A DNA stretch of 64,000 nt. Source: Nitrospirota bacterium (GTDB lineage: Bacteria > Nitrospirota > UBA9217). The stretch is taken from the NCBI GenBank assembly GCA_963818475.1, contig CAWFSF010000006.1, positions 288,001 through 352,000 of the forward strand, written 5' to 3'. The notes beneath the pieces are model-generated. The model ran no database searches, was not told the origin of the DNA, and worked only from the letters and a program-made list of their open reading frames with translations. The translations under genes were made by a program, and so were the position numbers. Positions 42,811 through 53,372 of this stretch are shown here, one piece after another; position 1 is the first letter of the stretch, and each line of letters opens with the position of its first letter.

Positions 42811-43526
42811 TGACGACGAAGCTTAAGCTGGGTGACATCACGGTCGATGTGGTGCTGAAGGACATCAAGAACATCCATCTCAGCGTCAACCCCCCGACAG
42901 GCCGGGTGCGGATTTCCGCGCCATCACGCATGAGCCTCAACACGATCCGGGTGTTCACCATTTCCAAACTCGATTGGATCAGGCAGCAGCAGCGGAAGCT
43001 CCGCGAGCAGGAGCGAGAAACGCCCCGCGAGTATCTGGACCGGGAGAGCCATTATGTCTGGGGAAAACGCTATCTGCTCACGGTGATAGAGCAAGACTCG
43101 ATCCCACGGATTGAACTACGACACAGCAAGATTCTACTGCAGGTACGCCCCGGCTCGGGCGAGGAAAAGAAACAGGCTGTCCTGGAAGAATGGTATAGAG
43201 CGCAGCTCAAAGAAGTTGTTCCGCCTTTGATCGCAAAATGGACACCGCTGATGGGCGTGAAAGTGCGGCGGTTTTTTGTGCAAAGAATGAAAACAAAATG
43301 GGGTAGTTGCAACCCCGCCACCGGAAGCATTCGCCTTAACACGGAATTGACCAAAAAACCACGAGAGTGCCTCGAGTACATTTTGGTGCACGAAATGGTT
43401 CACCTGGTGGTGCCTACGCACAATCCTCGTTTTGTTGCTCTTATGGATCAGTTTATGCCCAAGTGGCAGCACTACCGAGACATTCTTAACCGCCTGCCAG
43501 TTAGACATGAGCATTGGGGATGGTGA
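42810..43526 (+). CDS. M48/YgjP-like (DUF45) metal-dependent hydrolase, typical of type I R-M loci
   Basis: MKTKWGSC, EYILVHEMVHL..H. Confidence 0.88.
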   Translation: MTTKLKLGDITVDVVLKDIKNIHLSVNPPTGRVRISAPSRMSLNTIRVFTISKLDWIRQQQRKLREQERETPREYLDRESHYVWGKRYLLTVIEQDSIPRIELRHSKILLQVRPGSGEEKKQAVLEEWYRAQLKEVVPPLIAKWTPLMGVKVRRFFVQRMKTKWGSCNPATGSIRLNTELTKKPRECLEYILVHEMVHLVVPTHNPRFVALMDQFMPKWQHYRDILNRLPVRHEHWGW

Positions 43527-43562
43527 GCGTATTTTGGGAAATTGGACAAGGTCCAGTTTTAT

Positions 43563-43629
43563 TCATCCCGCAGTTTGAAGCGCGGCGATATAAGGCAGGT
43601 TCCGGTACTGCTCCCCAAAATCCATCCCG
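43563..43629 (-). repeat. Orphan 3' end of hpt, copy 2 ([21 protein letters not shown])
   Basis: 55 bp similar to 47924-47978, with its own stop codon. Confidence 0.88.
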
Positions 43630-43699
43630 GGACAACTTTGGGGACGTTGTGTCCGAGGTGTGCTTGTTTTTTTTAAGTGGCGTTCCATATTTATGATGA

Positions 43700-43864
43700 G
43701 ACGACAAGGCCAGCCTCGATATCTTCTGGCTCAAGGATGAATCCCTCGAAGCCTCCGACAACCTTCCCGATCCCGATGTCATTGCACTGGAGATCGTTGA
43801 AGATTTAGAAGCGGCTTTGGAGCAGTTCCGGGAGATTGCGACGGATTTAAATAAGAACAAATGA
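43700..43864 (+). pseudogene. C-terminal remnant of a second type I HsdM
   Basis: DKASLDIFWLKDESLEASDNLPDPDVIALEIVEDLEAALEQF*. Confidence 0.75.
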
Positions 43865-43955
43865 GCTGCGAATCAGTGGAGGGATCATGATTGCAATCAG
43901 GCATGCCCTGGGTGCATCGATACTGGCTGTTGTCGTACTTGCTTTAGCAGGTAGC

Positions 43956-45352
43956 TGACAAGTTTCAGGACATCGGTTACCCGGATGTGTCAAGACATCG
44001 GTTACCCGAAATCCATTTAAATTAGGATGTCAGTTTCCTTAATCAGTTTGATGCTATCATGCTCTCCTAATCTGAATCAAGAAGGAGAGCCTCGATGGAA
44101 GAAGAACTCAGACAGACAGCTATTAGCCGACACATCCAGGGAGGCGAATCACCAAAGGATGTTTATACCAGCCTGAACCGATCCAAGAAGTGGTTCTTCA
44201 AATGGCTGATACGATATCGAACCGGCGCACCCGACTGGTACAAAGAGCAATCTCGCGCTCCCAAAACAAAGCCCTCGGAAATCGACGAGAAGTCGAAAGA
44301 GCGTATTCTTTCGACCAGACAAAACTTGGTGGATGCCCCTTATGCCCAAATTGGCGTTTCCGCCATAAAATGGGAGCTTAAGAAGCAAGGGTTGCCGTTT
44401 CCCTCGGACAGCACGATAAACCGGGTGCTGAAACGCGAAGGGCTCGTTAAAAAAAACAGCCTATGCGCCCAAAGGGGTCGAATACCCGTACTTCACCGAA
44501 GCCTTGGGATGCAACAACATCCACCAGATGGACCTGGTGGGGCCGCGCTACATTAAAGATGACGGCAGATTCTATGCGCTGAATGTCATTGACCTGTTCA
44601 GCCATGAAGTCTACACCGAGGCTCAAAGAACGAAAGAGGATTCCCACGTCTGCCAAGGCCTTTTGCGCTGTTGGAAGACCATGGGCATCCCTGATTACCT
44701 GCAGATGGACAACGCGCTGAACTTCCGGGGCAGCAACCGGTATCCCCGGTCCATGGGGATGGTCATTCGGCTCTGCCTGAGCTACGGCGTCCATCCGGTC
44801 TTCATCCCGATCGGAGAACCATGGCGTAACGGCGTTGTGGAACGTTTCAATGACACCTACGACAAACGGTTCTTTCGTCGGCAATGGTTTTCAAGCTATG
44901 CTGTGCTGAAACAGCAGAACAAGAATTTTCAACGGTTTCACAACAAGCATCACCGATACAGTTGCCTCAAAGGGAAAACGCCTCATGAAATGAAGACTGG
45001 CCCACGGCTTTGCGCCAATAACCGTAAGGTCGAATAGCAAGATGCCGGATCTTAGCTTCATCCCGGATGGAAATGTATCTCTCGTACGATTCATCCGGAG
45101 CAATCGACAGCTTGATATCTTTGGTGAACGTTTCGAGGTATCAAGAGACCTCGTATACTCTTATGTCAGGGCACAGATCGTAACGAATCTACATGCTGTG
45201 CAGCTCTATCTAGGAAATGACATCGTCGATACTTTCGAGTACCGAATGCCGGACGATTTACTACCAGTTGAGCAAACTATCAGACTCGGGTAACCGATGT
45301 CTTGACATATGGGACCATTAGAATCGGGTAACCGATGTCCTGACATTTGACA
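43956..45352 (+). mobile_element. IS481-like insertion sequence, 1397 bp
   Basis: Imperfect terminal IRs, each with two GACATCGGTTACCCG boxes; 6-bp target duplication GGTAGC (43950-43955 and 45353-45358). Confidence 0.9.
44095..45293 (+). CDS. HTH plus rve (DDE) transposase, split at an A8 tract (44449-44456) and again near 45000
   Basis: HQMDLVG, QMDNA, NGVVERFN. Confidence 0.85.
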
Positions 45353-46449
45353 GGTAGCGACACGGCGGCCGAGGAGAAGGAGTTCAACTGGAAGGCGGTA
45401 TGCGACCAGGTAAGGAATCTTCCGCTTCCCACAGAGGACAGGCCTTCACCGGATGAAGCGAAAGCCATTCAGGGCTGTTCTTCGGAAGACATCTATTACG
45501 GCATTACCGGACCGGCTGATCCGGTGAAGGCGCGCAAGTGTGCGTATATCGAGCTGGAACAGGGAGACGAGATGGTCTTCGGGGGTTCATCCAGTCTCAT
45601 GACGATCTATGCAAACGGCAGAGGGGCAAAAAGGAATTACGATCTCGCCATAAAGTTCGCCTGCCTGCAGGAAGGCGCTCCCGCGGAAATGGAAGGACGC
45701 ATACAGAACCTGACCGTGAAAAAGCAGACGGGCTGGAAGGGCGACAATTTCAGCCTCTGCGACGATATCACGAGCGGGTTCATGCAGGGGCATTGCGAGG
45801 CGCACCGCGAACGGTTTAAAGAGGTTGAGCGGAAAAGAAAAACCGAAGCCCTCACGGCGAAGTGGAGCGACGCCGACCGGAAGACGTTCGAGAAGGTGCG
45901 AAAGGCGGCCGATAGCTTTTTCGACCTGAGGTCCGACAGTGAAGTGGATTTGTCGGGAACCGGGAGGGCTGCATTCGAGATAGAGGAAAGGCGAGCTCTT
46001 GAAAACGATTTCGTGGCGATGATCGAATTGCTGGAAAGCGGAAAGTTGCCGATCTTTACGGAAAAGCAGTTCGCGGAGGCCGATAAAAAATTGAATGCCG
46101 TATACAAGAAGATCCAGAAGGCTCCGGACTTTCAAGAAGGTACGGTGACTCAGGAGGACATCAGAAAAACGCAAAGAGCGTGGATCGTCTATCGTGATGC
46201 CTGGGTCGCGTTTTCGACGAGCAAGTATGCAGGCATCGCCGCGGAAAGCATCAAGACACAGCTAACGAGGAAACGAACGAAAATGCTGTCTGAATTTACT
46301 AAATAGTTCGAAGGCGCCGCAAAATCCCATCCTTACCTCGTTCCTCTTCTTGACGAAGAGGGGCAAATGGCAAAGGATATAATTCGCTCCGCGGAGAAAT
46401 TGATGAAAGAACCGGATGATGATCAAAAGATCGAGGAGGGAGCTGCAGT

Positions 46450-47175
46450 ATGCGAACATTTAAATATGATCTGAATCGTTTTGCAGAGCTGAAAAAGACG
46501 ATGTTGAAAGGGACAATACCGATCATGCTCGCTGCGCTTGCGGCAGGACTGTACGTGGGCCTGCATGGCTCACAAACTGAGGCAAGATCCGTCGATATGA
46601 TGCCGATCATTTTACCGGTCGTGGTTCTCGGGGCATTGATTTCACTGGCCATAGGATTGGCCCGGGGTGTCAAGCGGCAGCGAGCCTTGTATGAATCCTA
46701 CCGCCTTTCGATCGATGAAAGCGGCATCACCCGGGAGCAGGCGAATACCCCCTTGATCAGGATCATGAAAAGCGATATTGCCATCATTACCAAAAATGCG
46801 AACAAAAGCTTCACGGTCAAGGGAAAAAACATCCGTGACGTGATCGGCATCGGCGCGCAGATCGAAAATTACGACGAGCTGGAACAGATGCTCCGGCAGA
46901 TCAGGCCATTCGGCGACCATCTGCAGAAGCCACTGCTCGAAAAATACGGCAAACTTGCCGGCCTCGGCACGGTCATCCTGTTCCTTCCCGTGTTTCTCTC
47001 GAATGACAGGGCAGTCGTAACCCCGTGCGCGGTTTCTCTCCTCGGGCTCATGGGCTGGTCGTTTGTCGAAACCCTCCGAAACAAGAACATCGACGCCAGG
47101 ACGAAGCGGAGCATGTATATGATCGTCTTCCCCGTATTCGGCGTTTTGGCGAAACTCGCGTTTATATGGCTGTAA
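46450..47175 (+). CDS. Hypothetical membrane protein
   Basis: 241-aa ORF with RBS and about five hydrophobic segments. Confidence 0.65.
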   Translation: MRTFKYDLNRFAELKKTMLKGTIPIMLAALAAGLYVGLHGSQTEARSVDMMPIILPVVVLGALISLAIGLARGVKRQRALYESYRLSIDESGITREQANTPLIRIMKSDIAIITKNANKSFTVKGKNIRDVIGIGAQIENYDELEQMLRQIRPFGDHLQKPLLEKYGKLAGLGTVILFLPVFLSNDRAVVTPCAVSLLGLMGWSFVETLRNKNIDARTKRSMYMIVFPVFGVLAKLAFIWL

Positions 47176-47325
47176 CATCCGACAGAAAAGTTGTTGCTGA
47201 AACTGCAGCCTTGCAGGCGGTAGGGTCTTTTTTCTTGATATTCCATTGATAAGGGCTCCTATAGACAGGTCTATATATAAGTGCTATAGTAAGACCAGTT
47301 AATAGCACCATTAAGGAGGTCTATT

Positions 47326-47595
47326 GTGAGTACCAAGTTTTCCGAAGACATCGTCCCCCTCAGCGACCTGAAGGTGAATCCCGGCAAAGTGATTTCCCAC
47401 GCGCAAGAGACGCACCGGCCCGTTTTGCTTACGAGCAGGGGCCGCGGGGTTGCCGTGGTCCGATCGCTCAAGGATTATGAGGAAGAGACTGAAGAGCGCG
47501 CCTTTATGCAGGGAGTTGTGAAGGGAATGATGGACCTGGAAGAAGGACGCGAGATCTCGCTCTCCGAGGCGAAAAAACGCCTTGGCCTTAAGTAA
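47326..47595 (+). CDS. Phd/YefM family antitoxin
   Basis: EDIVPLSDLK..RPVLLTSRGRGVAVV. Confidence 0.85.
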   Translation: MSTKFSEDIVPLSDLKVNPGKVISHAQETHRPVLLTSRGRGVAVVRSLKDYEEETEERAFMQGVVKGMMDLEEGREISLSEAKKRLGLK

Positions 47596-47599
47596 TCCC

Positions 47600-47899
47600 A
47601 TGGCTGAACAGACACGGATAACGTTTGCCGCGTCAGCAATCAAGGATCTTGAGGACATGCAGGCCTATTACTCGGGAGAAGGCGTGCCTGACGCGGGAAA
47701 ACGGCTTACTGCTGAGATTGTCGCCAAGATCGAGCGGCTGGGCGCACACCCGTTGAGCGGCCGTGTCGTACCTGAGTTCAATGTCGAACATCTGCGAGAG
47801 ATCATTTCCCCGCCGTTTCGCATTGTTTATCGGCACGATAAAAATAAAGTTCGTATTGTTCGGATCTGGCGAAGTGAAAGACTTCTGAAACTACCATGA
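47600..47899 (+). CDS. RelE/ParE family toxin
   Basis: A..DLEDM, P.SGRVVPE, LREII..PFRIVYR. Confidence 0.85.
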   Translation: MAEQTRITFAASAIKDLEDMQAYYSGEGVPDAGKRLTAEIVAKIERLGAHPLSGRVVPEFNVEHLREIISPPFRIVYRHDKNKVRIVRIWRSERLLKLP

Positions 47900-47908
47900 C
47901 CTCTGCTG

Positions 47909-48439
47909 CTATCGTTCAAAAACTTGAAGCTCGGCGATATAAGGCAGGTTTCGGTACTTCTCTCCAATATCCATCCCGTATCCCACCACGAACAGATCCG
48001 GAATTTCGAATCCCTCGTACGCAATCGGCACCTCGACAGTACGCCGCGGCCTTTTGTCGAGCAGCCCCACGATGGCAAGGCTTGCCGGTTCCTGCTCCGA
48101 AAATCTTTTGTAGAGACATGCCATGGTCTCGCCGGTATCGATGATCGTGTCGATGAGCAGCACGTGTTTGCCCCGGATGTCGGTCGTGATGTCCTTGCTG
48201 ATGACAAGGTTCGTGGAAGAGACCGTGCCTGAACCGTAGCTTGATGCCTGGATGAAGTCAACGAAGACGGGGACGGTGATGCGGCGGACGAGATCGGTGA
48301 AGAAGACCAGCGCACCCTTCAGGATGCAAACCGCAACTACCTCTTTGCCGGCATAATCTCTCGATATCTCCTGTGCCAGCTCTGCTACCCGCTGTTCGAT
48401 CGTTTGTTCGCTGAAGAGTATCCGGTGCGGCGCTTCCAT
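47909..48439 (-). CDS. hpt: Hypoxanthine phosphoribosyltransferase
   Basis: [35 protein letters not shown]. Confidence 0.93.
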   Translation of the reverse strand: MEAPHRILFSEQTIEQRVAELAQEISRDYAGKEVVAVCILKGALVFFTDLVRRITVPVFVDFIQASSYGSGTVSSTNLVISKDITTDIRGKHVLLIDTIIDTGETMACLYKRFSEQEPASLAIVGLLDKRPRRTVEVPIAYEGFEIPDLFVVGYGMDIGEKYRNLPYIAELQVFER

Positions 48440-48523
48440 GACCTTTGCTCCGCTGCTTGAGATGATACGAGAGAAAATGCATTAATCGTCGTCCGTCAAG
48501 GAAAGATCAGTAACAGGTGCCTG

Positions 48524-49099
48524 CTAGTCACCCGGGCGTTTGGTCTCTCTTGGCCCCCAGCCGGCAGGAGTCATGGCGGCGGGTTCTATGATGAACTGCC
48601 ACTCGCTGAACTTGGTCTTTCCCTCGAAGTCTTTCAGCTCTTCGGGAAAATTCGCCTGTTTGATCGGCATCTTTTCGCTTTTGCTGTACACCCCTTTAAT
48701 GGCGTTGCCATGGAGCATATCGCGGACCACTTCGAAATCTTCTCCGGTTATCGGGTCCTTGTACTGCTGACGCAGGTGCCGCTTACCGTTGGGTGATCTT
48801 TCGTCCTTGAGCAGTACGTCGATGGTGTTCGGGAACTGGCGCCTGCCCTGATAGTTATAGTAGCTCTCGATGGCCAGGCGGTACTGGTTGCCTCTGAACA
48901 GCAGCTCTTCCTCTTTTTCGCGTTGAGCAACATTCTGCCACGATTTCGTTGCCGATCCGAGGGTGATGCCGATGATCACAATGGCGGCGAGCAGGGCGAT
49001 GTAGGTGAAGCCGTTGGGATTTCGGATTGCGGATTTCGGATTGCGGAATGCATCGCATGGTGAATCTTGAACTAAGAATATTGAAATTTTCCTGCTCAT
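48524..49099 (-). CDS. Type II secretion / type IV pilus pseudopilin-like protein
   Basis: G|FTYIALL prepilin site, REKEEELLFRG, RHLRQ.YKDP; ATGA overlap with the upstream stop. Confidence 0.8.
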   Translation of the reverse strand: MSRKISIFLVQDSPCDAFRNPKSAIRNPNGFTYIALLAAIVIIGITLGSATKSWQNVAQREKEEELLFRGNQYRLAIESYYNYQGRRQFPNTIDVLLKDERSPNGKRHLRQQYKDPITGEDFEVVRDMLHGNAIKGVYSKSEKMPIKQANFPEELKDFEGKTKFSEWQFIIEPAAMTPAGWGPRETKRPGD

Positions 49100-52000
49100 T
49101 CCAAATTTCCCAGATTTACGAACTTGCCGTTGCACTCGTAGAATATCTCCGTGTCCGGCTGGTCATTTTCGGAGCCGTTCGGAGCAAACAGATATTGAAG
49201 GGACTGCTGCTCCTGGTCAACAGTGAGTTCCCGGGTAAGAACGTTGTTCTCGAACCGGCTTCCCTCGCTCTGCCACAGCAGCTTTGCTCCTGCCGGCAGT
49301 GTTTCTACGATCTTTGCGCGCACCGGTCCGGTAGAAGAGGAAAGCGTTGTTTCGCGCGAGGTCCTGTTGCCGGGATCGGTCTTGGGAAGGGCATGCAGCA
49401 CGGAGTTCCTGAGGAGCAGGCCGTAGAGCGGGAGAGGTCCCGGCATCCCGTGCTGAGCGGATAAGGGAGAAGGGCAAGAGCATGATCGTGCCGCCCTCGC
49501 TCCTATCGATCAGGATCGCCGGCTGGTCTGTGCTGTTCAGCGTTGCAGCCGCATGGACACCTTTTTTCTGCGCTTCCAGGACCGGTCCGGTCACCGGGAT
49601 CGTGCCGGACAGGCCGAATCCCGATCCGCTGGCAACGGTCAGCAGGGCAGTGCTTTCGTCCGTCCTGCCCTTCTTGAAGGTGAAGCCGAATGCCTCAGCT
49701 GCTGTTCGTATACCCTCATCGGAACCGATCAGGACGAGCCCCTGACCCTGATGCAGCTGCTCCCGCAGCCAGTCTGGTTGCGGAAGGTTCTCATGCGTCT
49801 CGAACAGGACATAGATGTTAAACAGGTTGCTCATGGCCTGCGCGGCGAAGTCCGCAGCATTCCCCACGACCTTGGCGTAATAGCCATTCTGTCCAAGGGC
49901 TTGTTTCAGGACCTCTTCGGACAGCGCGCGCTCCAGGGTCGAACCTGCAGTACCCTGCCAGACGAGCACCCGCGGGAAGGGGGTGTCCGATCTCAGGACC
50001 GCGAGCGGCCCCTTGACAATCAGCGGGCGCTCGGCCAGCAGCAGGTCCCGGGATATTTTGTGGTCTTGGTTTGCCACTGCGGCCCTGAGTTGGATGGTAT
50101 AGGCTCCCTGAGGAAATTCCACGTTTTCAATGGTCAGCGTGGAGGATTTTTCCGTAAAGGGGAGCTGGCGGGTGAAAAGCGGTTGTGCGTTGTTTGGTCC
50201 TCTGATCTCGATCCTGAGGGTCCCGGTCGATACGGGAATGTTCCCGGTGCTTGCAGCTTTGTACTGGAGCGTGAAGGGACGGCACAGGGCAGCTGCTTCC
50301 GGCGTGTTATCGAGCGTGCCGCTCACGACCAGCGTGGGAAGGATGTTGATGTCAACGGTCCTTGAGGCGAGCAGCGTTTCACGGGAGAGCTGAATTGCGA
50401 GCTTGTAGATCCCGATGGGCAGCGCTGTTGGCCGGAATGAACGGTCGATGCGTTGCTCCTTGTCCGGGGAGAGCTCGTCGATCCTGATCGTGTCAGTGTG
50501 GACAGCCTTGCCGGCCGGGTTCACCATCTGCAGGGTCATGGCAAGGTCCTTATACGAGGCACGCGTAAGGTTCACCGCGGTAAAGGCGATTGCGATATCT
50601 TCATCGGAACTGAAGGAGCTCTTGCCCGGGTAAAGACCGAGCAGCACGTCAGGGACCTGCACTTCAGCAGTGGCATTATTGTTGCCTTCATTCGATTCGG
50701 TTACCGCATCATCAATATCGACAATTGCATAGAGCGTCCGGGCGCCGTTTTTTTTATGCAGCGGCCAATTGATGAGAACTACCTGCTGATCGCCGGGTAT
50801 GAGCTGATGCACGGCGACCCGCTCGACCAGCTTTCCCCCTGCTTCCGGATTGCCGTCATACAGGGCGACGCGGCTTGGACCTGCCGTGCTCTTTCCTTCA
50901 TTCCTTATCCCGATGCCGACGGGGAGGACCGCTCCAGCAGGCTTCGGAGCCTCGATGGTGACCGCAAGGTCGGGCAGGTGTGCGCCATAGACGACAGTGC
51001 GTTCCCTGGCGCTTTCCAGCAGATCATCGGCAAGAATCGCCTGCAGCGTATGCGTACCGGGCGCGATCTCTGTTACGGGGATCCTCTGGACCGCAACGCC
51101 TGCAAGTTCGATCCGGTCTTTCCGTATTCGTTTGTTGTCGAGGAGCAGTTCGAACTTTGTTTTTCCCCTGCCATAGACATAGGCCGAGACGGCGACCGGG
51201 CCCGACGGTTCATAGTAGAGCGGCTGGGCCGTGGCGATGCCCAGGACAGCGGCATTCCCGGCGTCAAAGAGTGCGCGCCCGGCAGCCACAGACACCGGAC
51301 CGCCAGGCAGTCCCGGCCCTTCCGGAAGGCTGGTCAAGAGGCTGTAGTGCAGTTCCCAGATGCCGGCCTGGTCGATCCTGGTCGTGATCGGCAGCACAAC
51401 CTCCTGTAGGCCCGCGGTCAGGGTGAGCGGACTTTCGATGGCCGGCCGCATCTTTCCGTCGGGCCCCCGGAGCAGAAGTTTTGCGATTGCCGGGAGCGGC
51501 GTTGATGCATTGATACGGAGCAGGGCGATCAGGCCGGATGCGCCGGGTTCAGACCGCTTCCGAACGATCGCATCCTGAATGGTCACGGTGTAGCCGCTGA
51601 CGGCCAGCAGCTCCTTGCCCTCACGGGAACTGCCGTCTATGTTTTGGAGGCTCCACAGGAGGGGATAGATGCCTGTGGGCAGGTCCTTGGGCAGGGAGAT
51701 ATCGAAAGCGCCGGTATCAACAACTATCTGGGTGTCAAGTACGCCGGGTCCGGTCAGCGTGAGTTCGCCCTGGCCCACACCGCTGATCAGGGCTTTTATT
51801 TTTTGGCCCGACCGTGCGACGGAGCGGTCAAAGGCCAGGCTTTTGGCGGCCGCGCCGGCGGGGATGCTTCCCCGGGCCAGCGATCTTCCGCTGGAGTGAT
51901 AGATCGTGTAAGCGACCGGGGCAGCGGCATCGCGTGTTGAAAGTTCAAAGGTGAGCTGCGCTTTATCCGCCGTGAGCCGGAACATTTTTTCCTGGCCCGC

Positions 52001-53341
52001 CAGGCGCATGAAAAAGTCCTGGTTCTGCGCGATGCCTGCTGTATCCAAAGCGGTTATCGCCACGGTTGCCGAGAGGCTGCCGGCGGCCTGCTCCCGCAGG
52101 AGTTCAACGCGAAAGGTCAGCGGGAAGGGGAGCATGGGCTGCTTCTGTTTCTGGAGGGGCGCTGCCACCGGGGGCTGGCCAAGGGAGAAGCGGCCTGCGT
52201 CAGCTTCTACTGCTGCGGTGACGACCCTGCCTGCAGCATCGAGCAGCGCATATTCCAGATGGTAGTTGCCGGCAGGCAGATCTGCCGGGATCGTGAAGGA
52301 AAAAGGCAGGCTCAGCGATTTTGCCTGCACGGCCGGGAGCTTTAGGATCTGGTCCGGGGTTGCTGATTTGCCGGGGCCCACGATGGAGATCCTGGCTGCC
52401 GAGGCCTCCACCTGATCTGTACCCTGTATCAGGAGGTTTACAGCCAACTGCTGGCCCGCGGCGACCGGCAAGGTCTCTTCCGGCGCCTTGGACCATGCCA
52501 CGAGGTCACGAAGCAGAACCTTTTCGTCCTGCTCCAGCCGGCCCTGGCCGAAAGAATAGTCCGTAAAGAGGGCCGTGATCACGACCCAGCCCGCTCCCAC
52601 GGGATAAACGATCAGCGTCGGATAGCCGTCGGGGCGGACCAGCACGACCTGTGCCTTTTCGGGCCAGGAGGCCAGGTACCCGCTCGTTTCGATGTCCGGT
52701 ATGCTTTTTTTTGTTCCGCTCAGCATGGGGTGCGAAGACTGGATCGATGAGGCGCGGAAAAACGGATTATTGTCCTGCGCCCAGCCGGCGCCGCTCACCG
52801 GGGCCTTCGACCCCTCAGGTACGGGCAAGGCGGCCAGATCGCCGGCGTTCTGCTGGGCAAAGACGATGATGACGCCGCCTGACCGCACATAGGCATCCAG
52901 GCTTGCCTTGAAGAACTCTGAAGCGGCATGGCCGGACAGGCCGCCTGAGGGGATGATCAGCAACGGTTTGGTATTTTCGAGCCCGGCGACATTGCTGCTG
53001 TCCACCAGGACAGCCGGTTCACCAAGCGCGGAAAGCAGGGCCGGCCAGGATTCGAAGAACCCGCTTTTGAGCACGGCCGCATCCGGGCCGGCAAAGAGCT
53101 CGGCCTCGAGCATATTGCCGCGGAGCCCTTTTTTTGTGCCGGTTCTGAGCACGGCCGCAGGATCGTCGGAATAAGCCGTCGCAGGATCGGTCTGTTGTGC
53201 AAAGGTCTCATTTGCCGGGTTGGTGCCCTGGGGGAACCAGAACCCTTCTCCGCTCCCTTCCTGCGCCAGGGCAGGGATGGAGGCGCAGAGCAGCAGCGCG
53301 GCAAGGATGAGTGGTTTTATTTTTAGAAGGGATGTGGTCAT
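49096..53341 (-). CDS. Large (about 1400 aa) secreted CARDB/Ig-like domain protein (frameshift near 49440)
   Basis: Signal peptide ..SIPALA-Q; PDLAV..IRNEG..LYDGNP..D....ESNEGNN CARDB motif. Confidence 0.75.
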
Positions 53342-53372
53342 AAGAGTTAATGAAAAAACGGGTAAATCAAAA

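Larger units (their letters stand above)
43887..46306 (+). pseudogene. Exported LprI/DUF1311-like protein interrupted by an IS after codon 23
   Basis: Signal peptide MIAIRHALGASILAVVVLALAGS at 43887-43955 rejoins DTAAEEK at 45359; ADKKLNAVYK..QRAWIVYRD. Confidence 0.8.

Noticed and set aside
44449-44456. Programmed frameshift in the IS transposase at the A8 tract
   Set aside because: The required shift is +1 and a one-base homopolymer overcall explains it equally well; cannot be decided from this sequence
41268-47899. Prophage or ICE
   Set aside because: No phage structural, replication, conjugation or integrase genes are present
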